Shown: piece after piece, positions 48,546 through 58,129 of the stretch
How positions within the stretch are numbered: the first letter of the stretch is position 1
Layout: each line of letters begins with the position of its first letter
Assembly (NCBI GenBank): GCA_001724265.1
Contig: MEDY01000167.1
Coordinates: 1 to 58,129 of the forward strand
DNA from: Rhizaria sp. SCN 62-66
Lineage: Eukaryota
DNA length: 58,129 bases
Direction of reading: 5' to 3'
Position numbers and translations under genes: made by a program
Notes under the pieces: model-generated
Told to the model about the DNA's origin: nothing
The model's input: the letters and a program-made list of their open reading frames with translations, nothing else
The model's database searches: none

Positions 48546-49412
48546 ATGTCTGCCATTCGGCAGGTTTCTAAAGCGGGTTCTCGCCTCGCCAGCAAGGCTG
48601 CCGTGAGCATTGTACGTCACTTCTCGTCCCTTCCTCGTCACCCACCCTCTCCCCCGTTTCCCTTCTCAAACGTCCTTCACTAGTCTCAAAACCTCAGCGA
48701 CTTGGTGCTTATTTCTTTACTGTTTCCTTTATGTTGTGCTTTTATTCCTGCCTGTAGACTCCTTCCGCCGCTTCCCGCATCAAATTCCTTTGTGGCAGCA
48801 ACGAGCCTGAGCCGTACGTACCCCTACACTTTGCCCTCGTGAACCATCATTGGTCGTCCTTACAACACACCCTCACCGTTATATATTGTACCTCGCCCTG
48901 TTTTATGGCTATCCCGCGTAGAGCGCGTGCGATCCGCCTCGGTGTCCGCACCCGTGGCTGCAATGGCATGTCGTATACCATGAACTTTGCCAACGAGCCC
49001 GCTAAGCTCGACGAGGTACGCACATACAAAACGCAAATCACCACTTATGATTATAGTTTCATTAAATAACTACGTTGTATGTATTAGACGTTTGATATGC
49101 GTCTTTGTATTTCTCCAAGTGTTCATCTTTGTTGTCAAAGCCTGTATTTAATCAATCCCAATCCCCAAACTCCATCGCACCTCACATTCCATTTTCTCTC
49201 ATTGGTTGCCATTTCCACCCTCCCGTTGCGGCCTGCTTTAGGTCGTCAAGATTCCCGACTCGGACCTGCAGCTCTTTATCGACTCGAAGGCCTTGCTGCA
49301 CGTCATCGGCACCGAGATGGACTTTGTCGAGAACGACGTCGCGTCCGAGTTCGTATTTAACAACCCCAACAGCAAGGGCTCCTGCGGCTGCGGCGAGAGC
49401 TTCACCGTCTAA
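48546..49412 (+). CDS. ISCA1: Iron-sulfur cluster assembly A-type carrier, mitochondrial; exons 48546-48611, 48758-48813, 48922-49015, 49242-49412
   Basis: Spliced product has ITPSAASRIK, IRLGVRTRGCNGMSYTM, VIGTEMDF and EFVFNNPNSKGSCGCGESF. Not shown intact in the ORF track. Ends TAA. Confidence 0.95.
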
Positions 49413-50505
49413 AAGAGCACGACATTGTAGTTTAACGCTTCTGCGGTCAAGCAAGAGCTTTGCAAGAGCACAGTGATGTCAACATATCTGCAAAATCCGC
49501 GGCGTGCCTTGTCTTTGTAACATCAGAATGCGATGTCACTGAGAGGCGTTGATGCTATCTTAGTTTGATTTGCTGTGTTTCTGTGTGATCTAAGTTCGCT
49601 TGAGCGTGTTGCTGGGTATTTTGGCGATCTTATAATGTTTTCATAGTGTTCGTGGTTGGTGTGTCCGTTACTTTGTGTTATGTAGTATAATTGTTAAAAG
49701 ACACGGGGGTCGTTATGTGAGACCTCCTTTGCGTTCTGTATCTAAGTTGCTATCCCTTTTGATCAGAACGATGTAAAGTCTCGAACAATGTTGGCACGTT
49801 CTGCTCTCAACAGCAGCAAGCGTGTGACGGTGCCGTGCCGTGTCGGCAGTGAGTGATGGCTTTGTGATCGAGTGTGAACGAACACCAAACCTATTTATTT
49901 AGTTCCCACTCTGACCAACGAAGCCAATCTATTTTCTCTCTGCATATGATGATAACCACGACAGAGCACGATAGCAATAATGCAGCTTCGGGTGCTCTAG
50001 ACGCGTTTGCAACTGCACGATCACCCATGGCACGCGATATGCACACCAAGATAGCTCAACACAAGATTGTTCAGAGATAAAAATGATAAAACAGTCAATA
50101 AACAATACAAATTCTAAACTTTGAGTCTTACAACGCCTCTTAATACTGCAGCGTTGCGTTCTCGGTTCCGTTCGTTTCGCCCCTTTTGACCGGAGCTTGG
50201 ACTGGGCGCACAGGCGGCGCGAGCCTTTGCAGGGCCCCTTTGAGGGATCCGTATCTTACTTCTGCTGCGCGCAGCTCTCGACCAAATACACCTGCGGTTG
50301 AATTTCAGAATTCAATCAACAATTGTGTGTTGAAGATTTTTTCGCTATTGCTTTAGTCTTTGTTTTATTCGTTATATCCTCTTTGATGTTCTCCCCCTTC
50401 GACGTCATCTCACCGCACCTCCGTCCCTCGCATCGACACCCTCTCCTGACCTCCCATCTCAACCTCAACAACCGCTGCCTTGCAATTTCGTTGTTCAGCG
50501 CTCCG

Positions 50506-52874
50506 ATGTCTCTGCGCGACCGCATCGCGCAGCTGCAGGCCGCTGCGGCCGCCGCCCAGGCCCCCGCGTCGACGCTCACCTCCCCGACCACCACGGCCGC
50601 CCCTTCCCAGGGCTCTGCCGTCGCCGCCTACGCCGCCGCCGCGGCCGCCACCGGCAGCGCAAGCTCGCCCAGCGCCACTGCAGGCGCGGGCGTTGGCGCG
50701 AACGGCGCTGTTGCTGCTCCCGGCCGGCTCGTGTCTCGCACCCCCGCCTTCATGACAGCTTCCCCCACCAGCCCTTCTAGCGGCGGCGACGCCGGAATGA
50801 CGACGCCCCCCGGTCGCCTGGCACAGCCCCGCACCATCTCCTCCCCGTTTCTGAACCAAAACAACGGCGCCGGTGACTCTAGCGGCGCTGGCGCTGTGAG
50901 TCCTCACGGGAGCTCTGGAGCTGACGGGGCCTTGTCCCCCGCCTCTGCGCACAGCCAGTCGCATGGCCAGCAGCAGCACCGCCAGCAGTTCAACACATTC
51001 ACCGCCGGGTCCTTTTCCCGCAACGCGCCGCCCGTTGCTGCAGATCTCGCTCACAACGCAAACGCTAATGGAAATGGTAACGGCGCGGATGCAAGTGCCA
51101 GTGCGAGAGGGAGTACAACTACGGACCCGTCGCGGCCGGCGCCTGGACGGTTAGCCTCGTCCCGCTTTTCCGTCACATCTCCGCCGCCCGCATTCGTCAC
51201 GTCCACACACGCCAGCAGCGCCGCCGGTGCCGGCGACAACAGTAACGCTAGCGAGGGCGGCTCCAATGGCAACAGTCTGCGCCTCAACTTGAGCGCGACC
51301 GGCCAGCCCATCGGCCGCGTGTCCACCGCGTTCTTGTCCCCCACCAGCACCACTAGCACTGCCGGCAGCGACGCCGCCGCGCACACCGGTACCGGCACTG
51401 GCGGCGGAGACGATAGCGGCCGGCCGAAGCCGGGTAGGCTCACAGCGTCACGCATGTCAGTGCTGACGGCGCCGCCGCCGCCGCCGCCGGGGGCCGCTGC
51501 GGGCGGCGACGAAGACCCCAACAAGCCCAAACCGGGCAAGATCTCCGCTGCACGGTACGTATCGCATGCGCTGAAACAGCAACGCGAAAAAAACACCGTG
51601 TGAAATGTGGTGACGTTAACGAGTTAAGATGCGGTGCTTCAGAAGAATATTGGATAGCAGACACTGTTCATCGATTGCTAATGTTTCATAATTCAAGTAT
51701 TGTGTTTTGTTATTGCTTGTGCAACTTTCTGTCAACTGCTCGACTCATATGACTTGCTATTTGTTATGTTCCTCTCTGTTTCTTTAGGATGTCTGTGGCT
51801 GTGAACTTCAACCCAATGATGATGATGGGGGGTCCCCCGCCGCCCGGTCTCTTCAAGAAGCAGGCCAACAGCCCCTCAGTCGACGGCGGCGACATGGCCG
51901 ACGGACAGCGGCCCTCAGTGCCGGTCCCAGGGACGGAGAACGCCGACGCCTCGGCCCAGTCCGCGCTCGCGGCGGCGATGGCAGCGTACAACGCTGACGA
52001 CAGCGACGACGACGCTAACGGGCCCTCCAAGGCGGCGCCTGTCGCCCGCCCCGTCGCTGCCGGCGGCTCCGGCCTCCGTCCCAACGCCGCTGCCCACGGC
52101 CACGCGTACGGCCACTCGAACACGCTGCCTCTGCCCGCAGACAGCGCAGGCCCCTCCAATAACACCAATGGCGGCGCCACCGGTAACATCTACGCGGAGC
52201 CTCCCGGGACGCTGAAACACGTCACGCGCACCAAGATGGGTGGCCCGCGCCGCGCCAGCACTATGACGGCCCGCTTTAACTCGCTTCCGGGCGGCGGCTT
52301 CGAAGATTTCTCCGCGGGAAGTAACAGTGGGAGCTCGACGGCTTTAAGTCATCATAACGGTACTTCAAGTTCCCCAGCTGCAACAGTGACGACGATGCCT
52401 GCGCTTGCTGAAGTTGACGACGACACTGTCGCCAACAACAACAACTATAACGCTCGTGTCAGTGTCACGCACACTGCTGCTCACGGTCACTTTGACGACG
52501 TGACGACTCACGGTCACCCCTCTGCTGCTCACGGTCACGTCTCTGCTCACGGTCACGCCCACAGTCACACGATGCCCGCGCTGCCCACCGCGCCGCTGCC
52601 CCCCGCCCCGTCCCAGACTGCGCCTCACATGCCGCCGCCCCATACGCTGCCTGCGCCGCCCCGGTCGCCAGCGGTGGCTCCGGTTGCGATGCCACCTCAA
52701 GTTCGCCCCCCTGCCACCGGCCCCTCTGCCTCTGCCGCCGGCGCCGGCACCGGCGCTGGCGCGGGTAATAGCGGGCCCCGCGCGATGAGCATGCGGCAGA
52801 AGCTGGCGATGGCTCACAGCCAGGTCACCAGCGAGGCCAACGTTGGCAATCCGAATGGTAACACTGTGCAGTGA
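50506..52874 (+). CDS. Disordered Pro/Ala/Ser-rich protein with repeated PGRL motifs and a CPI-like motif; exons 50506-51554, 51788-52874
   Basis: Phase-2 GTACGT..TAG intron joins ORFs 50323 and 51789. N-terminal MSLRDRIAQLQ, FNPMMMMGGPPPPG, LKHVTRTKMGGPRR. Ends TGA. Confidence 0.7.
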
Positions 52875-53586
52875 GTCCGCCTCATTAAGAGCTTTGCTAG
52901 CGAAGATGTGGAGAAAGCTTGCGTTCAAGCTACGCTCATTAATGAGTTTGAGATTAGTTTTCTGCGATGATAATATGAAATGCACGTCAAATGGCTGTGT
53001 TATTATTTTCTTGTTGTTTCTTCGTTGTGGCCATTGATAAGATAAGCATAGTAGTCACACGCAGATCCGAAGCTTTCTCGGAGTTATGTGTGTTATGCGT
53101 TGTATATTTTTGTATAATTTCCTCTCCTTGTGCCGTAATTGTGTATTTTATTCTTTGCTTCCACGGCCACTGTCTTCGTTGACGTGCTCTCTGATGATTT
53201 TGACCAATGACAACGATGCAAACGCGCGTATGTCACATAAGTGGTTTCGTATTCAGAATTGTTAAACCCTTTGAACTGTGTTATCTATCATATATGATTC
53301 TCATGTGCTTATATGTCCTCATACTCACTCTCTCTCGATGTTTATGTCTGGGATTGGCCCCGAAACAAACTCAAATACAATAGTGATCAAATAACTTTTT
53401 AAGTTAGCACATCGAATACTATAGATTTGATATTCTGTTTTGATGTATTCACAACGCGAATTACAATTATTTCTTGTACTACGGACGAATATCGCTCAGA
53501 AAATGTAAACTAATGTAATCAATGCTTTTAAGTCAGACGACTTCTTGAAGCGGACACAGTCGCTTGTTTGTTTTGCTCACAGCTAC

Positions 53587-55956
53587 TTAACGGCGCCCCT
53601 GGTAATAGCCCTGGCCACCCGACCTAGGCTGCTGCTGCTGCTGTTGTTGTTGCCCCTGCTGGTGCGGCTGCTGGCCTTGGTACCGCTGGCCTTGCTGCTG
53701 CTGGTGCTGCTGGTGGTGGAGAGTGGCAGCGCCAGCCCCGGGGCCAGGTCCAGGGCCATAGCCTTGCTGTTGCTGCTGCTGCTGGTGCTGGTAAGGCAGC
53801 GGTGGAGGCACGTGCGGGCCCTGACCGCCGGTAAACTGACCGTGAGCAGAGTGCATTGCGGGAGGCATCGGGGGCCGCATGTTGCTGTTATACTGCTGAC
53901 CCTGCTGTCCCTGATGTCCCTGTTGCTGTTGCCATCCAGGGGGCGGCGGCGGTGGCAGTCCTGCTCCTGCTGCTGCTGCTGCTGCAGGTGCTCCCATTCC
54001 CATGTGGGGCGGCGGTGCATAGCCAGAGCCGGCCATATGAGCGCCGGCAGCGTTGTTAATCAAGTGAGGCGGCGGCGGCGGAGGCGTCGGCGGCATCATT
54101 CCCCCAGCTCCAGCGCCAGCGCCAGCGCCAAAGCCAGGGCCAAAGCCAGGGCCAGCGTTCGAGCCAAAGCTTGAGCCAGAGCCATAATGGGGGCTTGGGC
54201 CAGCACCGAAGTGACCGCGGGGAGCGCCGCCACTGGGCCCGTCACGGTCGCTGCGGTCGCGGAACCCGTGCTGCTCACGGTCACCCCCGGCAGGCTCACG
54301 GTCGCGGTCATCGCGGGCCCTGCGCGGGTTGCCATAGCCGCCACCGCCGGAACCCATGCCGTAGCCGCCGGGACCAGTGGAACCCATGCCGCCTTGGTGA
54401 GCCGTGAGGGACGCAGGGGGCGGCATGTTACGGTAGTCCGGCCGCTGCTGCTGCTGCTGGCCATGCTGCCCCTGCATAGGATGACCAGGGAACGGACCGC
54501 TGCCGCTGCCAGCACTAGCGTCAGGCACCGGCGCATTCCCACCGATACCGGGAATGCCAATGCTGACGCCGACGCCGACGCCGGGGATGTTGACACCGAC
54601 GCCTGGAATGCCGCCGCCGAAGCCGCCGCTGATGCCACCAGACGCAGCCGCAGTCTCGACACCGGCGGCAGTCGCGGGGTTCTGAACGGTGTACTTCTCC
54701 AGCAAGTGCGCCGCGGCGTTGTGCGGCTGCCTCAGCGCGGCCTCCTGTTCCAAGTGCGCCTCCCTGCGGTGCGCGGCCTCAAGCTGCATGAGGTTGAATG
54801 CGTCGCGCATGCTGTCACCGGGCAGGTTCTGCCCCCAGAACTTGATCTTCTTGTCCAGCGATGACGAGCAAAGCAGGTGGCCTAGCGGGTGCCAATCCAA
54901 GTCGGTGACGCCGTTGGTGTGGGCCTGGTTGATGCTCGCCTCGGGCTGTGCATTGTGCGCCGACCAGTGAATGATATCGCCCTTGTCGTCGGCCGTCGTG
55001 AGGAGGTCCTCCGTGTGCGGATGCCACGTAAGCGCCGTAATCGCACCGCGGTGGCCATTCTGCCCGCCGTGCACCGTCATCGGCCGCAGCGAGCGCACGT
55101 CCCACGTCCGCACCGTCCGGTCGATCGAGCCAGTCGCGAACCAGTGCCCATTGTCGTTCCAGCGCGCCTTGAGCACACCGGCCGTGTTGCCCAGTGACGC
55201 CACCATCAGCTTGCTGCGTGGATCCCAAAGCTTGACGGTGCTGTCGGTCGAGGAGGATAGCAGCAGCCCCTGCGATGGGTGCCAAGCCACGGCCGTCGCG
55301 TCAGAGTTATGCGCAGCTGCGAACTTATGCTCGAGAGTGCGTCGCTCGAAGTCGTACAGTGAAAGGTCGCCGTTGCCGATCGCGGCAACGTACTTCTGGT
55401 CCGTGGGGGCAAAGGCAAAGTCGCGGACGGCGTAGGTGCCGTGCTCAACGTCCGGGTTGATCTCGTGGACGGCGCGGAGTGAGTATTCGAGGTACTTGAT
55501 GCCGCCGCTAAGGTCACCCGACAGCAGCCAGCGGCCCGAGTGTGCCCACTGTAGGCAGCGGACAGCGCTGGTGTGACAGTCCGTGGTGACGTAGAAGTTG
55601 AACAGCGTCGTGTTCCACAGCGCGATCTGCCCAGACTCGTACCCCGTGAAGACGTGGCGGCCGCGGGGCTCGAACGCGACGGCGTGCGCGATGCGCTGGT
55701 TCTGGTCGCGAACGTCTTTCACGAAGCGGGTCGCGTAGGTCGTCGCGGCGTTCGCGGCCGTGAAGGGCGCCGGCAGCAGCGCGGCGGCACCGTCGAGATT
55801 CGGCGGGATGAACGGCAGGTCGCGGTAGTCGCGGTAGAGGTGCCGCGTGCGGAGCATTGTGAGCAGAGGGGAGTAGTACTCCAGGGTCGTGCGGGCGGAG
55901 ACTTGGCGAGGCCGTGTGCCGTCGCAGCGCTCGACCTGGCGCGCGTGGTACAGCAT
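53587..55956 (-). CDS. WDR33: Pre-mRNA 3'-end processing WD40 protein (WDR33/Pfs2/FY) with Gly/Pro/Gln-rich tail; N-terminus may extend further upstream
   Basis: CDGTRPRQVSARTTLEYY, ATRFV, GQIALWN..FNF, VRDFAFAPTDQKY, LDWHPLGHLLCSSSLDKKIKFW..N.PGD. Ends TAA. Confidence 0.93.
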   Translation of the reverse strand: MLYHARQVERCDGTRPRQVSARTTLEYYSPLLTMLRTRHLYRDYRDLPFIPPNLDGAAALLPAPFTAANAATTYATRFVKDVRDQNQRIAHAVAFEPRGRHVFTGYESGQIALWNTTLFNFYVTTDCHTSAVRCLQWAHSGRWLLSGDLSGGIKYLEYSLRAVHEINPDVEHGTYAVRDFAFAPTDQKYVAAIGNGDLSLYDFERRTLEHKFAAAHNSDATAVAWHPSQGLLLSSSTDSTVKLWDPRSKLMVASLGNTAGVLKARWNDNGHWFATGSIDRTVRTWDVRSLRPMTVHGGQNGHRGAITALTWHPHTEDLLTTADDKGDIIHWSAHNAQPEASINQAHTNGVTDLDWHPLGHLLCSSSLDKKIKFWGQNLPGDSMRDAFNLMQLEAAHRREAHLEQEAALRQPHNAAAHLLEKYTVQNPATAAGVETAAASGGISGGFGGGIPGVGVNIPGVGVGVSIGIPGIGGNAPVPDASAGSGSGPFPGHPMQGQHGQQQQQRPDYRNMPPPASLTAHQGGMGSTGPGGYGMGSGGGGYGNPRRARDDRDREPAGGDREQHGFRDRSDRDGPSGGAPRGHFGAGPSPHYGSGSSFGSNAGPGFGPGFGAGAGAGAGGMMPPTPPPPPPHLINNAAGAHMAGSGYAPPPHMGMGAPAAAAAAGAGLPPPPPPGWQQQQGHQGQQGQQYNSNMRPPMPPAMHSAHGQFTGGQGPHVPPPLPYQHQQQQQQQGYGPGPGPGAGAATLHHQQHQQQQGQRYQGQQPHQQGQQQQQQQQPRSGGQGYYQGRR

Positions 55957-57758
55957 CAGCGGTGAGTGATCAAGATCCGGTACGACGTGGGTGTGCTGCA
56001 GGTGTAGAACAGTCAGACCGGGATGCCTGGGATGCGCTGGAATGTAGGTCGGGCGGTCGAGAGTCTAGTTTGGTTGGGAGGTGAAAAAAAGAGGAGATGC
56101 GAGACAGAAGTATCGTCAATAGAGATTTAAGAAGTGCGATATGATTGAAGATTATATATTTTAGCTGTTGTGACTTTTATTTGTTTCAGGACGAGAACCA
56201 TGATGAGTTGGGCGTGTGGTAGGATCCGGGGCCGTTGGTTCGAAGGCAGCGAGACTTCGCTGAAAATTGTGACTGTGAGCCGACTTTGAGGTTGATGCCA
56301 TCAATCGCGGGTGATTTCACACTTAAATCGAAATATTTTCCTTTCGAATTTAAATATGCTGTTGTGACATTTATATCATGTACACTTAGTGATTTATTAT
56401 TGTTCGATCACGCATATGTAGTGCGCTTCCGCATGATACGACGAACTTTGACAAGCGCTGACGAACTTAAAGGTGTTGGTTTCCGAACAAGACAAGTTAT
56501 GTTTTGAGGAGTACATATGACTTTGAGGCATTATGAAGCAATTTTCGTACAAAACGATCGTTAACGAGTTCATCGGAGACCACTTCACGAGACAGGCGCG
56601 TCCGATTTCTGGGAAGTGAAGTTTGTCCCCAACCTAGCGCACTTCTCAGATGGCTAACGAGAACAAACTTTGTGGATAAATATAAAAAAACATACATTTT
56701 TTTTTTCAGTATCAGCATTGCGGGTTCTCAGATATATCAATTTTTCAGGACGTCACAACGCTGGAAATGACTTGAATATTTGATTACAGTGGCGCGTAAG
56801 CCAGTTTGCTAAGTACACTCGACTTCATATACTGCCAAGTGCAGCCCGTGCAACTCTGTAGGCGCAAAAATGTACAAAATAGTCTCACGCAATCACACCA
56901 CGCAACAATACAACAATCTTAAGATGAACTTATGAGGACGTCAGGCAGGGCCATTAACACCAAGCACCTCACAGGTACAGTGGATGGGCGGAGATTCAAC
57001 TCGGACTCAGCCACCGAAACCGCTGGGTCATACGATGTGGGCAGTGCTCACCTTGGCTCTACTTGTTTTGCTCAGAAGTTCGAACTAGCTCAGTTTTGAG
57101 GCCGCCGTAGGGCAGAGATGCTAGTTGCTCACGACGGATTTACAGGAAGCAACCGTTATGTGATATGACTCTACTATGAGCAAACTTCGGCACGCAACAA
57201 CAAAAAGTCTTGCCCAAGGCTACCCTTGTTCGCATTACAATAGTACGCTTCCTGACATCGGTATATCGCACCTAACGCCGTTATCTTAATTGTGGCGCAG
57301 CAAATGAGCTAGACCTGACAACTTTCTCAACTATAATATGCTTAGTCACACAAGAAAATATACCGGCACAATATGTACCTACGGTACATCAGAATACATT
57401 CTCAAATTTTGAATTCGAACATTTGTGCTCTTGATTTCACGAACAGCTTGATCGAGGGTTGAGTGGCTTCTCTACCGGTCGACGAGATTTTGAGAGCCAA
57501 ATCGAAACAAAGTATGTTTTCGCCACAAATCATGCACACTTCCGATATTGAATACTCAAATACAAATACACCAAATCTTCAGTCTTTGATCCTTGCAATT
57601 GGATTTACCATCATCATCTCAAATGACTCTTCTGCGGGGTAGCCGCCATTTGGCTAACAATGCAAGACAACTCAAGAAAAACATGCTATTACAAAATACG
57701 CGGAGCCACCCGTATGTAAACAGCGTAATTAAGCTAGAAAACTCAACTTAATTGTTCA

Positions 57759-57767
57759 TTGACGGAG
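57759..57767 (+). promoter_or_regulatory. Candidate promoter element TTGACGGAG upstream of H2B
   Basis: ~205 nt before ATG 57974. Confidence 0.4.
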
Positions 57768-57973
57768 AGATTGTCGAGTAAAGTGAATAGGTTTCTGTCT
57801 TGGTGACACTGACTGGCCGCTTTCGGTGGATTTTGTCGATAGCAACAAAGCTAGTTTTTCAATATTTGCGGAGGCCATCAGTTGGTGCAGGGGCCGTCGA
57901 AAAACTGTGGTGACACACCTTTTACGCCCCCTCGATTACTTTCGAAAACCCGAAAGGCAGTTTCATTTCAACA

Positions 57974-58129
57974 ATGGCTCCCCCTCGCAAGTCCACTGGC
58001 TCCAAGCAGCCTTCCAAGACCCCCGCCGACGGCTCCAAGAAGAAGGCCGGCAAGCGTGGAAAGAAGCGCACCGAGACCTACTCCTCCTACATCTTCAAGG
58101 TCCTCCGCCAGGTTCACCCCGACACCGGC
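57974..58129 (+). CDS. H2B: Histone H2B, 3'-truncated by the window end
   Basis: [52 protein letters not shown]. Confidence 0.97.
   Translation, partial: MAPPRKSTGSKQPSKTPADGSKKKAGKRGKKRTETYSSYIFKVLRQVHPDTG

Noticed and set aside
5830-55965. Numerous long antisense and off-frame ORFs overlapping genes
   Set aside because: Expected shadows of GC-rich, repeat-rich codon usage; no recognisable domains.
56100-57900. Searched by eye for a tRNA (including a CUA suppressor), snRNA or divergent H2A partner upstream of H2B
   Set aside because: No cloverleaf, A/B boxes or histone ORF recognised; only short ORFs.

Overview
Gene-dense nuclear DNA from a eukaryote, probably a flagellated protist (a dynein-regulatory-complex gene is present); the lineage cannot be assigned from this window. 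Exons are GC-rich; introns (108-237 nt) and intergenic spacers are AT-rich. I could model 16 protein-coding genes by hand: a partial Cys-rich surface protein with a frame break, class-IV aminotransferase, ubiquitin-like protein, ~2,616-aa C2-like protein, THEM4-type thioesterase, small coiled-coil protein, CTF8, mitochondrial carrier, giant ankyrin-repeat protein, phosducin-like protein, DRC10/IQCD, secreted glycoprotein, ISCA1, CPI-motif-like protein, WDR33/Pfs2 and the start of histone H2B. Main observation: the ankyrin gene (23194-40958) reads as one ~5,811-aa frame through two isolated in-frame TAG codons, and none of the 15 modelled gene ends uses TAG (9 TAA, 6 TGA). This suggests a variant nuclear code with UAG as sense (Gln best guess), although nonsense mutations or base-call errors are not excluded. 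Also notable: near-invariant GTACG splice donors (no +4A in 25 introns) and a recurrent TTGACGGAG element upstream of several genes. No tRNA, rRNA, CRISPR or recognisable transposon was seen.
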